DNA of 63,032 nucleotides, counting the filler, from Octopus bimaculoides (taxonomy: Eukaryota): assembly GCF_001194135.2 (NCBI RefSeq). It is 4 parts of 4 records of this genome, joined end to end, with 100 filler letters (N's around TTAATTAATTAA, not from the genome) between each part and the next. Parts side by side here need not be neighbours in the genome. Positions count along the whole stretch, not along the records: positions 1 to 29,663 come from NC_068990.1; 3 more parts are not named here. One strand, given 5' to 3'. The notes below the pieces were generated by a model. That model saw only the letters and a list, made by a program, of their open reading frames with translations. It was not told where the DNA came from and did not search any database. Position 1 is the stretch's first letter, and each line of letters opens with the position of its first letter. Positions 12,314 through 24,155 of this stretch are shown here, piece by piece. The position numbers and the translations under genes are program-made.

Positions 12314-12903
12314 TGTGTATGTGTGTGTGTGTTTGTCTGTGTGTGTGTGCATGCGAGCATGTGTGTGTGTGATTATGAGTGTTTATCTACGCATGTATGT
12401 GTATATCTATATTATATTTATATATATCTATCTATGTGTGTGTTTGTGTGCATGTGTGTGTGTATGCGTGTGTGTGTTTGTGTGCATGTGTGTGTGTATG
12501 CATGTGTGTGCATGTGTGTGTGTATGCATGTGTGTGTATGTGTTAATATTTTAATTTGTCTATATATTTGGGTTCTCAAATGCATGACTATGAATGTATG
12601 TATGTATGTATGTATGTATGTATGCATGTATGTATGTATGTATGCATTCATGTGTATGAACATTATTTTATGAAATGCCTATTTTTGTGAGAGGATTAAC
12701 TTGTGCATATGAATATATATATACACAAATATGTCTACATGTTTGCCTGTACTTCTGTAAGTGTGAGCTATTCCACACTACTGAGATATAGTACAATCAA
12801 GTACCAGTATCTGTGTGTTTGTACTAATGTATTAATGCATTTATGTACATTTGCAACAGTGCTGCATTTATGCACCATTCACTTGGTGACTGAATGTATT
12901 AGA

Positions 12904-12946
<43 letters not shown>

Positions 12947-13027
12947 NNNNNNNNNNNNNNNTATATATATATATATATATATATATGCATGTATGTATGT
13001 ATCCAGGTCAATATTTAAAACCTTAAC

Positions 13028-13136
13028 TGTTTAAAATTTTGCCTGATGATGGTGGATTGCATATTATGATATTTTATTTTATGATTGTATTAAATAAGCA
13101 AAACACTACTGAAACAGCTGTCGTAAATTTTAAACA
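13028..13136 (+). ncRNA. Type I hammerhead-like motif with a long stem I
   Basis: TGTTTAAAA(T)TTTGC-CTGATGA-TGGTG...CACTA-CT-GAAA-CAGCTG-TC-GTAAATTTTAAACA. 14-bp stem I with one bulge; palindromic stem III ACAGCTGT; stem II junction imperfect. Confidence 0.65.
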
Positions 13137-13349
13137 CATTTGTGCTTACTTTTCATACCTATACAACACCAAGGACTGACCCATCCTGAAGTCAGATCTA
13201 TGGTATAAAATGGACTTGTACTGGAATATCTATGGCATCCTACCAACACTTGATGTATTCGATGTTGTTTATTTCAATGTGAGCTTTACATTATTGTACC
13301 TAGCCATTTCTTGCATCCTATGAGTTGCTGTACCTTAATTCTTATAAAT

Positions 13350-13712
13350 CTGTGTGGTAAGAAGTTTGCTTCCCAACCACATGGTTCTGGGTTCAGTCCC
13401 ACTGTGTGGCACCTTGGGCAAGTGTCAACCAAAGCCTTGTGAATGGATTTGGTAGACGGAAACTGAAAGAAGCCCCTTGTATATATATATGTATATAAAT
13501 CTATGTCTGTGTGTTTTTGATCCCCCATCACCACTTGACAACCAGTGCTGGTGTGTTTACATCCTTGTAACTTAGTGCTTTGACAAAAGAAACTGAAAGA
13601 ATAAGTACCAGGCTTAAAAAATAGGTACTGGTGTTGATTCATTCAACTGAAAATTCAAGGCAGTGCCCTAGCACGGCCACAGTCTAAGGACTGAAACAGA
13701 TAAAAGATAAAA
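13350..13712 (+). mobile_element. tRNA-derived SINE, A head plus B tail separated by an internal (TA) microsatellite
   Basis: CTGTGTGGTAAGAAG...GGGTTCAGTCCC (B box), body, then B half ending GATAAAAGATAAAAG. Confidence 0.85.
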
Positions 13713-13721
13713 GATAAAATA

Positions 13722-13823
<102 letters not shown>

Positions 13824-14179
13824 GTGTGTGTGTATATATATTACTTTACATACACCCACTCTACGCCGTTTAACTTATTACTCAACACCACACACCATTT
13901 ATTTTGAGACAACACATACAAGCACACGCACACGCACACACACTCACACGCACCAACTGAAAACAAGGACACATTTACACTTGCACACATGCGTACACAT
14001 ACATATACACACAAACATACACATGCATGATAGTGTTCCATATTCATACATGTATACACACACACACATATCTCAAAGCCTCATACACAGACACATATTA
14101 AAAGAAAATAAGCTCACACACATGATAAACTCACGCAGTACAAATGCATACAATAACTTCATACACATATGTGTACTTT

Positions 14180-14230
<51 letters not shown>

Positions 14231-14724
14231 TGTTCTTTTTTCCTCATTTTCCTCTCCCTCTTGTCTCATCTATTTTTTTCTGCAGAAGTGCATAGGCTCA
14301 AAACATTAAAAACTTCTTCCAGTTGTCCTGAGTGTTGACCTAATACACCCTCTCACCCTCTTTATTAGCTTTTCTTTATATTTTACCGTGTTTTCATATT
14401 TTTGTACTTTTGTACTACACACACACACACATATATATACAGAGAGAGAGAAAGATATATATATATATATAATGATGCAAATAAACAAATAAACATGTTT
14501 GGGATTGACATATAAGATGTGCATACATAAATTATGTATATACATGTAAATATATAGAGGGATATATACAGAGAAAAAAAACTGAAAATTTCAGAGTGCA
14601 AGTTCAAATCATTTGAACACTACTATGTATTTTCTACATTGAACATCTCTTGATCTCACCTGCTGACTCTCTCTCCTTCTCTGTGTGTATATATATATAT
14701 ATATATATGCATATATATGCATAT

Positions 14725-15560
14725 ATATGAGGGTTTATATTTTGGGATAAAATATGACTTTTTGCTGATGTGCTGACTACAGGTTGCATGGTCTCTGAAT
14801 TTATAGAGAGGAAAAATTCTGAAGCTGGGTTGTTTGTTAGTGGTACAAATATCGATGTGTTAACTGGATGCAATTTTTCTGTATTCCTGAATTTTGATCT
14901 GAGATCTATGTTGAGCCATCCTTTGATGTATGCTGTTTTTGGTTTGGCCTATGTATTGCTCTCGATACCCAGAGCAAGTTAATACATATATTAGGTTCTC
15001 TGAAGCACAAGTTGTTTTTTACTGTAAAATGTTGACCCTGTTTGAAAGAGAACTCTGACCCCTCAATTAGGTTGACGCTTATACCACTGTTAGGTCTTCC
15101 ACATTTTTTTACTGATGGCTTCAGTGTTGTTGTTGAGCATACTAGGGCTTGTGATAGGAAACTTTTCACAGATTTGGGTTGCCTTTTGCTCTTTGTGATG
15201 GTGTGCGTTTGGAGGGTTAAATTCATTCTATGGTCCCTTTTTTAGTAGGGGAATGTTCTGGAGGATGGTGTTAAAGGCTTCATTGTTAAGAGGGTTGAGT
15301 ATGGTAGGGCTTTTGGTTGTAAATCCTTCTTTAATTTGGAATGTCTGAGTTCTTGGAAAGGTATTGAAAGATGTGTCCCTATATCCCATGTTTAGATATG
15401 GTGTTTTAGGGGGCTGTCGTTGGTACAGGTTTGTTGTGCATGGTTGTTTAGTAGATTGTTGGAATGAAAATTCCATTCATAACATATGTAGGGGAGGTTG
15501 CAATGTCTATCCAGTGGGTAGTGATTTTTCATTTCTCTGTTCGATGTTGAGGTACTCCTG
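14725..15560 (-). mobile_element. Penelope-like element (Neptune-type) 3' fragment with GIY-YIG endonuclease, frameshifted
   Basis: Joined frames read TILNPLNNEAFNTILQNIPLL...SKRQPKSVK...KCGRPNSGISVNLIEGSEF...ENLIYVLTCSGYREQYIGQTKNSIHQRMAQHRSQI...HIDICTTNKQPSFRIFPLYKF...SYFIPKYKPS. Confidence 0.85.
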
Positions 15561-15994
15561 ATGTTGTTTCATTGGTGGATAACAAAGTTAGGGTTAGTTC
15601 TTGTATTTTTTTCTTTTTTTTGGTGTTAGTGATGGTTCGTTTTTTTTTAGATAGGTGTGAATCTGTGTTTGAGTGGTGTTTTGATTTTCTTATTTTTAGG
15701 AAAGGGTTGTTGGAAGCGTATTCTATTTGAAAGACAGTTTCATAGTTTGAGAACCAAGTGGCACTTTTTCCCAGTATTCGAGGAATTTCAGTTCTTTATC
15801 ACAATCCTCTTTCCATAGTTTGGAGATCCTTCCTTAGCTACTACTGCTGCTTAAACAATCAAAACAAAGAACTCATATCAAATATTAAGACTGCTACTAC
15901 CTGCTACCTGCTATCAAGCCTTTACAACAGTAAAAAAGAGACAGACAGACAGACAGAAAAAAGGGAAATGTCCCTTGTATTTGAAAACTCGAAA

Positions 15995-16214
15995 TACTCT
16001 TTTACTCTTTTACTTGTTTCAGTCATTTGATTGTGGCCATGCTGGAGCTGAACCGCTAAGTTACGGGGACATTAAACACATCACCATCAGTTGTCAAGCA
16101 ANNNNNNNNNNNNNNNNNNNNNNNNNNNNNNNNNNNNNNNNNNNNNNNNNNNNNNNNNNNNNNNNNNNNNNNNNNNNNNNNNNNNNNNNNNNNNNNNNNN
16201 NNNNNNNNNNACAA

Positions 16215-16262
<48 letters not shown>

Positions 16263-16622
16263 CAAAGGATATATATACATGTATACACACATATATGTAC
16301 ATACTTACATCTACATGTGTATATACATGCATATCAGGGTACAGGACGTTAGAACAATAAACTACAGACAACGGAACGAACACATAGGAAAACGGAAAGC
16401 CACTTGGAATATCCCTTCATCAGCTATCTCTCTCTCTATATATATATATATACATATATACGATGGGCTTCTTTTCAGTTTCCATCTACCAAATCCACTC
16501 ACAAGGTTTTGGTCAGCCCGAGGCTATAGTAGAAGACACTTGCTCAAAGTGCTATGCAGTGGGAATGAACCCGGAACCATGTGGTTGGTAAGCAAGCTGC
16601 TTACCATACAGCCACTCCTGCA
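15995..16622 (-). mobile_element. tRNA-derived SINE: family A head (16461-16622) and deleted B tail (15995-16101) across a gap
   Basis: Reverse complement of the family A and B consensus seen at 44567 and 13500. Confidence 0.8.
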
Positions 16623-16683
16623 CCTTTAAAAAAAAACATTTCATTTCATTTTTCCACAATTTAATATTTTTTATGCTTTACTC

Positions 16684-16721
16684 TAAGTTGAAAATGTCAC
16701 AGAGACTGAAACCGGTACTTA
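16684..16721 (+). ncRNA. Minimal type I hammerhead-like motif (U3-A8 core)
   Basis: TAAG-TTGAAAA-T-GTC-acaga-GAC-T-GAAA-CCGG-TA-CTTA. Palindromic stem III ACCGGT; GUA triplet. Confidence 0.65.
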
Positions 16722-17058
16722 AATGTTCTTCATGACAAAATAATTTTAGCATTTTCTACCTTGTCTTACTTTCTTTATACATATGGTTCTGCTAATTACA
16801 GCTTAATGGTAAAATTCAAAAGTCTTCGTTTTGGCGCGCCAATTCCAGGAATATATCCGCAGAAAATATTTACTGCGTCTTTTATATTCAGTATGAGAAC
16901 ATGGGCAATGGGTAAAATATTATTATAAAATCTGGTAATTAGTCATATATTAATTAATATCGATTAATTATCAGTAGGCCAGCACATCTAAAGAATCAAA
17001 GAGATTCAGAAATATTATCTGCAATCTCAGGGGATTAAGGTACATTTTAAAAAATAAA

Positions 17059-17242
17059 GTCGACCACTAACGTGGACAATTGATGCGCTAGAAATAGATC
17101 ACACCTTGTGTCTATTAAAACCTAAATTGTTCTCAACATGAAATATAGCAGCATATATTTCATGTTGAGAACAATTTAGGTTTTAATAGACACAAGATGT
17201 GATCTATTTCTAGCGCATCAATTGTCCACGTTAGTGGTCGAC
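17059..17242. repeat. Long palindrome, 89-bp arms, 6-nt loop, 1 mismatch
   Basis: GTCGACCACTAACG...CATGAAATATA-gcagca-TATATTTCATG...CGTTAGTGGTCGAC. Confidence 0.97.
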
Positions 17243-17307
17243 GTTATATTTTATATATATATATATATACAAATATACAGCAACACACACACACACACAC
17301 ACACACA

Positions 17308-17453
17308 CGATGAGCTTCTTTCAGTTTCCAATTATCAGATCCACTCACAAGGACCAGCCAAAGTTTTTAGTAGAAGACACTTGCCCAAGGTACCACACAG
17401 TGGGGCTGAACCCAAAACCACGAAGTTGAAAGCAAACTTCTGACCGCAGCCAC
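17308..17453 (-). mobile_element. tRNA-derived SINE head (family A), decayed
   Basis: AGTAGAAGACACTTGCCCAAGGT...CAGTGGGGCTGAACCC on the plus strand. Confidence 0.75.
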
Positions 17454-19039
17454 ATTTAATTAGAGATCTACTCAATCAGAGTAACATCTGGGGTTAAACA
17501 AGAAGAACATGGAAGAAATATTACAAAACCATCTTCATTCTTTTATACAAAGGCTTGCTTATTCTGAAACTGGCAGTATTCCATTATGATAATCTTTCTG
17601 CTCGTTTTGAAAATTTAGTCAAAAAGGTTCTTCAAAATCATTGAAATTGAGACATTGTTTTGATTTGGGCACTCTCCAACAATGCCACTCCCCCAAACCC
17701 ACAGCTCCTAATGAACATTTATGGCAGATCATTGAGTTAAATATAAATACTTGAAAATTCAAAAGCAAGGAATTCTTGGCTGTACAAGAATGATTCAAAT
17801 CATAATACATGTTATTGGAATGCTTGCTGACATTATAATTGAAAGAATTGAAAAACAATATGACAAAGATGTCAGCAACTTTGGTTATTAAATTTTGCCA
17901 GTGAATGAATAGAAATTTTAATTAAATATGAATACAATAAAGGGGTTAATCTTCATGAAACTGCAAATTACTTTGAAAAATATAAGGAATTTTGCAGGTG
18001 TTTTTTTTTTAATTACCATTGTGTGTCTGTGTGTGTGTGTGTTCACGTAGGCAAATGTTCATATTGTTTGTGATATATTTATGTTTTGCTTCTGTTTGAG
18101 TGTTTCCGGAATGAGGTGACTGAGTGTGGATGTTTGGATATTCAGCCTGTTTTGGTGATGGTACTTTTTGGCATTGGTGGCAAACACACAAACACAAACA
18201 TAAACATGTATGCATGCACACACATACACACACACACACACATGCTTACATGTTCAGAAATATACACATACAGATAGAGAGAGAGGGAAGAGGAAGAAGA
18301 GGGAAAGGCAGAGATAGAGGAATAGAGCGACACTACACACACAAAGCTAGATGCTCATACATAAACGGAGAGAGAGAGATAGCAAGCGAGAGACGGGGGT
18401 GAGACAGAGATGGAGACAAAGAGGTGGGGAGAGAGATGGAGAGAGAGGGAGAGAGAGAGAGAGAGAGACTGAGAGAGAAATGGAGAGAGAGAGTTGGGGA
18501 GAGAAAGAGATGCAGTGAGAGAGATAGAAAAGGGGAGAGAGAGAGAGAACAAGAGGAACATTAAAATGAGAGAAATATTAAAAGGTCTAAGGTCAAGTAA
18601 GTCAGAGTCGAATCAGCAATGCCAAGTAGGCAGCATCAGAACAGATGTGCCAAGGCGTCTCATACCCTATACTATAATTCCTTCTGCACATGTAAGTAAC
18701 ATGTTGGTGTAATGATGTGTTCATGTTATGTATTTGTTGGTGTATTTTCTATTAATTTTTTTTCTTTTGTCAGTAATCTTGTGTACATGTATATAAGGGT
18801 GTGTTTAATATGAAGAAAAAATATTTATTTTCAGAAAGGACAACTGAGAGTGCTCTCAAAATATCAATCAATTAAAAATCAAAACTTAGAGACACAGGAG
18901 TTCTCTCCCTTGTTCCTTTTGAGATTAAGTGTTCATTAACACTAATGACATTCTTTCTCCTTACAGACATAATTACAATTGATTAAAAGTTATCTTTGAC
19001 TCATCACCTCAAGTATGGTAGCTTGAAATTAACTATGTA

Positions 19040-19312
19040 TTCTTCTTATAAAAGCCATTCTTGAAAAATTTCCCAATATTATCAACGTAATCTACCTGAT
19101 CACTGAATGTTCTCACAAAACATTACTTCTATTAGATAACCCCCACCTTATTCAGCCATATGATGCCACATAAAAAGCACCCATGCTTTTTATGCAGTAC
19201 ACTCTGTAAAGTGGTTGGCATTGGGAAAGGCAGCCAGCCATAGAAAATCTACCTCAACAAATCTGATCAAAGCAAGCTCAAAAAAGTGGACATAAAAATG
19301 ATGATGAGGATA
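19040..19312. repeat. Local segmental duplication, copy 1 (copy 2 at 20644-20957); unique flank plus a family E 3' end
   Basis: AAAAGCCATTCTTGAAAAATTTCCCAATATTATCA...AAATCTACCTCAACAAATCTGATCAAAGCAAGCTCAAA...ATGATGATGAGGATA is present in both copies. Confidence 0.85.
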
Positions 19313-19589
19313 GGGAAGAAATGAATTGTGATTGTTCTGATGGTTAGAGTCTCTGAGAGAAAGTAAAACTGTATTGCACTCCAGGAGTGAAGGGGATCCC
19401 TTTAATTTCAAGAGGATGCTGAGAAAACGTCCAACAGATATTCATCGGCTTCAGGTTTTGTTCTCTGGGCCCTAGACTAATGTACCAGCTGACCCCCAAC
19501 TGCATCTTTTATAACCCCAGCTGATACTTCTGTGTGTTACTAGTTTGTGTACATTGTATAGTTTATATACATTTATATAGATTATATAC

Positions 19590-19975
19590 ATTTACTTGTT
19601 TCAGTCATTAGACTGAAGCCATGCTAGAGCACTACCTTGAAGAATTCTTAGTTGAATGAATCAACCTAGGTACTTATTTTTTGTAAAGCCTGGTACTTGT
19701 TCTATTGATCTCTTTTGCCAGACTGCAAAGTTGTTGTTGTTGGCACTCCGTCACTTACGACGTCGAGGGTTCCAGTTGATCCGATCAACGGAACAGCCTG
19801 CTCGTGAAATTAACGTGCAAGTGGCTGAGCACTCCACAGACACATGTACCCTTAACGTAGTTCTCGGGGATATTCAGCATGACACAGTGTGACAAGGCTG
19901 GCCCTTTGAAATACAGGTACAACTGCTAAGTAATAGGGACATAAACACAACAATACCACTTATTAAGCACAGACA
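19590..19975 (-). mobile_element. Family B SINE interrupted by a nested family C insertion
   Basis: The B consensus ...CTTTTGCC..AC.GCTAAG... is split at 19730/19922. Confidence 0.75.
19731..19921 (-). mobile_element. 5'-truncated family C SINE with (CAA)n tail and a 9-bp target-site duplication
   Basis: TSD ACTGCAAAG (19722-19730) and ACTGCTAAG (19922-19930). CpG-rich, so relatively young. Confidence 0.9.
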
Positions 19976-20086
<111 letters not shown>

Positions 20087-20094
20087 GGCATCTT

Positions 20095-20486
20095 TCAGTC
20101 ATGGGATATTACAGTTGCATACACATCTGCAATGTTTTTCTCAGTTCTGCTGATTGCGGGTCTCCCAGAACGTTCGTCACTATCAGCATTTTTTTGCCTA
20201 TCTTGGAAACATCTGAACCACTCGTACACTTGTGCGTGACTCATACACTCCTCACCGTATACTTTTTGCAACTTTGCGTAGGCCTCTGTCATTGCCAATG
20301 CGATGATCACACACTACACACGTTCCTTCCAAGCACTGTTGTAAACTGCAGAAGTGAGCTAGAATGTTAAAACTTAGTGCACATGCACAACAGAGTTCAA
20401 GGTCAATTTGTGCTAAGCAGCTTCTCTCTGCGTGCTTTAGCTTCGTTAGTATGGCCGCAATCTAGATACTGATTGATCAGACCTTG
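20095..20486 (-). mobile_element. Mariner-like transposon 5' fragment (TIR plus N-terminal HTH)
   Basis: TA|CAAGGTCTGATCAATCAGTATC terminus; TEAYAKLQKVYGEECMSHAQVYEWFRCF...DSDERSGRP. Confidence 0.85.
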
Positions 20487-21198
20487 TACACACACACACA
20501 CACATTAGTATTTCATTTATGCATAGTGATATTTATAACCTTGTGTTTGAACTCAATAGACGTATGCTTCAGAATGAAGCATTAGTTGAGTACCAGGTGT
20601 AATATATTATGTAAATGACAAAGGAACAAGAAATTATTACTCATTCTTCTTACAAAAGCCATTCTTGAAAAATTTCCCAATATTATCATTATGATCTACC
20701 TGATCAATGAATGTTCTTCTTACAAAACATTACTTCTATTAGTCCACCCCACCTCATGCAGCTATACTGATGCCACATAAAAAGCACCCATGCTAGTACC
20801 ATGTAAAAACCACCCATGCTGGTGCCACACATAAAAAAATAGTACACTCTGTAAAGTGGTTGGCATTGGGAAGGGCATCCAGCAAAAGAAAATCTACCTC
20901 AACAAATCTGATCAAAGCAAGCTCAAATAAGTGGACGTAAAAATGATGATGAGGATATTATTTACTATTTTCTACTTTTATTGAAACTGATAAATTAAAA
21001 CCTTCTCACTTATAAATGAGGTTTCCCTGATAACCTGATTAGCTTACAGCTGTTTCTGTTAGAAGAAGCTGTGTATTCAGAGCTGAGTGTTTGTGCATCT
21101 CCATATAACTCCCTCAGAGTTTCAAAACAAGGTTCATTGCATAATTTCTTGTTTCTATGTCATCTGTTATATGTAAATATATATATACATAAGGAAAC

Positions 21199-21666
21199 TA
21201 GCTAGTTGTGAAACTCAAGAGATCAGATCAGATTAGTAACTATACTAACAAGTAAAATTAATTGCCACATCAAAGTGGCTGTTCCATGTTGCAACTAGTT
21301 TAACCCCAGGCAGATCTTCTGCCAACTGGTTATCGGTGCAGCACTGCACCCTATATATTGCTAGCAGGGGGTGGGAGCAAACCACTACCATCTTCTTGCA
21401 GACAACAGGATCGCAAGACTGACTCAGTTTTGAGCTGGTTAGCTCATCCTCAATCGCAAGTACCTAGTCGCCAGAGTGATAGCCAGAGTCTGCTCCTTGT
21501 GTTAGCAATATATAGGGTGCAGTGCTGCACCGATAACCAGCTGGTGGAAGATCTTCCTGGGGTTAAACTAGTAATAACATGGAACAGCTACTTTGATGTG
21601 GCAATTAACTTTACTTGTTACTATAGTTACTGCTCTGTTCTTTTCTTGAGATTTTATGACTAGCTA
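21199..21666. mobile_element. Foldback element: ~165-bp inverted arms around a ~133-bp centre that contains a hammerhead
   Basis: 21237-21366 closely matches the reverse complement of 21500-21629; looser similarity extends to 21199 and 21666. Confidence 0.88.
21411..21459 (-). ncRNA. Hammerhead motif at the apex of the foldback (C3->U and G12->A, probably inactivated)
   Basis: Minus strand: TTGCGA-TTGAGGA-T-GAGC-taacca-GCTC-AAAA-CTG-agt-CAG-TC-TTGCGA. Confidence 0.65.
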
Positions 21667-21708
21667 TTTTGCATGTTGCAAATCAGTGACCGATAGTTGC
21701 TTTGTGTA

Positions 21709-21965
21709 CAATATATTGCTGGCTGGAGTGGACCTTGGCTATCGCTCTGGTGACCAGGTACTTGTGACTGAGGATGAGCCAACCAGCTCGAAACTGAGTC
21801 AGTCTTGTAATCCTGTTGTCTGTTAGAGGATGGTAGGGATTCACTCCCCCTGCTAGCAATATTTAGGGTGCAGCACTGCACTGATAGCTGGTGGAAGATC
21901 TGCCATGGGTTGAACTAGTAGTAACATGGAAGAGCGAATTTGATGTGGCAATTAACTTTACTTAT
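21709..21965. mobile_element. Second, partial copy of the foldback element in the opposite orientation (one arm nearly lost)
   Basis: 21735-21850 is the reverse complement of the centre of copy 1; 21851-21963 repeats the arm. Confidence 0.85.
21762..21810 (+). ncRNA. Type I hammerhead ribozyme motif with an intact catalytic core
   Basis: TTGTGA-CTGAGGA-T-GAGC-caacca-GCTC-GAAA-CTG-agt-CAG-TC-TTGTAA. Predicted cleavage after C21804; stem I is weakened by G-U wobbles. Confidence 0.8.
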
Positions 21966-23799
21966 ATAAATATATATATATATATATANNNNNNNNNNNN
22001 NNNNNNNNNNNNNNNNNNNNNNNNNNNNNNNNNNNNNNNNNNNNNNNNNNNNNNNNNNNNNNNTATATAGTTTACAGTTCCATTACAGGTAGGATTAGCA
22101 AAAAAATACCCTGTCTAGTGAGAGATAAATATCATTTAATATACGTAATTACAAAAGAGCTACTAATAGTTCCATGCTTTAAGCTACATTAAATTAGCAG
22201 ATTTATATAACATGTCATGTATCTCCAAGCAATCTTTCAGGCTCACATGATAACGTTAGATTTATTTAAATACCGAGATATTGGTCTATGAGAAAATATG
22301 AGAAAGAATGAGAAGAAAAAAAAACACATAGAAGGTTGATGCAAAAGGTGGAACAAGGAGGATGAAAAGTAAAGCAAGAAAATCAATTTGATTTCAGTCA
22401 CATAAATTATATATACAAAGGTGTTATTTAATATACACTTTTATAACAGTTTGGTTTTATTTAATATGGTTTGCTATTTTTATTAAAATTGATAAGGCTA
22501 TAAAATTTTCATAGAATCCTAAACCAGTTTAAGAATATAAATATCTGCTATGCAAAAAGACTAACTATAAACAAACAAGACTACTGTGGTTTATGGTTAT
22601 GATCATCATATATCACAACAGTCTCATCGAAACAAACTTAATCATAAAGCCTGATAGATTTTTCTATTTTCTACTTTTATTGAAACTGATAAATTAAAAC
22701 CTTCACACTTATAAATGAGGTTTTCCTGATAACCTTTTACAGAACTCAACTACAGAGGCAAAATGTTAATAGAATTGGCTTTCATCAGCTTCAAGCTGAT
22801 ATCACCCTTTTTTCTTTTCAAACTCCAACTCTCTTAACTTGAACATGTGATTCACAAGATCAATCAGAATTCAGAAATTTCAAAGAGATAAATGTGAACG
22901 AGAGGAACTAGCCTATTGGTCAAGTATTGATTCAAATATGTTGTATAAATGTCCATTGCTAAGTGTCTACAGCAGGATAGAACCTGTTAATTGAAGGTTT
23001 CAGGAATTTGAACAAATAAGAAGTTGGTTTGTCAATACCAACTTCTACCAAATCAATTTAGCACAAATAAAGTTAGAGTCATTCACCATGAAATGAAATC
23101 AAGTCAAGTTGTTTAATTAATGATGGTAATTTAGTTGCTGTGTTTTACAAATGATTTGAGAATGCATCCTTAATATAACTGACTCCTGAGATTTCGTCTG
23201 TTCTATATGATTCTAAGATTTTGATTTTTTTTTTGTGTGTGTGTGTATTTTACATCTTATTGTTATTGATGTTTAGCTTCAAGTCATCTCCAGCTCCAAT
23301 TAAACAGTTTTATTGTCCAAAGCATTCCAGCCAACTGTCTTATTTTCTAGGACTTCATTATCCAATCTGTTTTTCCTCCTTTTTTATATTTTTCAAGGAT
23401 GGTAGAGTATGTTTTCAGGGAAACTTGGCTGTTGGGTCTAGCACATCAAAAGACCACCTAGAGGCTTCCACACTGGGATTGTCTGTTTATGATTATTTTA
23501 CTATGGTTCAATGAAATATTAATTATCAAACCAATTGTTTATATAGCTGTATCCAGCTACTGCTAATTATTTGTATGTGAAGTAAAAGTAGAATCTGTTT
23601 TGTTGACCTAGTAAATAGAAGCAAGCAGAGTAAAGTACTGCACACCATATAAGATATACTAATACTGACTTAGCTATGAGTTTTCATACAGAAGGCACCT
23701 CTGAGTAATTAACTTTAATGATATATTCTATGAATATGCTGATTTCTTATGCATATTCCCATGTGTATCCCATTTTTGTTTACTAAGCAATCTGTATAC

Positions 23800-24155
23800 A
23801 TACAAGGATCCAAGCTAAATGAAACTTACACCCAACTGTTAAGAGCAGTCTTAAACAAATCTTGAAGAACTCCTCCTGCCAAGAAACAGCTGCATGGAGA
23901 TCTGCATGTTTCCACCATTATAAGAGAAAGGTGGCTTGCACTTTGCAGGACATTGCTGGCACACTAAATAAAAGTTGTCAAGTGACCTACTATTATGGAT
24001 GCTAAAGCATGGCCATACTCAATTAGGTTGTCCAAACCCAACGTACATAAATCAACTCACCAGAGACACTAGATGCCTCCCTGAAGACTTCCCTCAGCTA
24101 ATACAGGACTGAGATGAATGGCATGTGTGGGTTACAAAAAATGTCCAAGCAAGCT
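23800..24155 (+). mobile_element. RTE/RTE-X-type LINE 3' end, decayed
   Basis: LNETYTQLLRAVLNKS*...QLHGDL...IRERWL.FAGHCW...SDLLLWMLKHGHTQLGCPNPTYINQLTRDTRCLPED. Confidence 0.8.

Noticed and set aside
16395-16424. CTGATGAAGGG on the minus strand as a hammerhead
   Set aside because: No GAAA, stem III or cleavage triplet follows.
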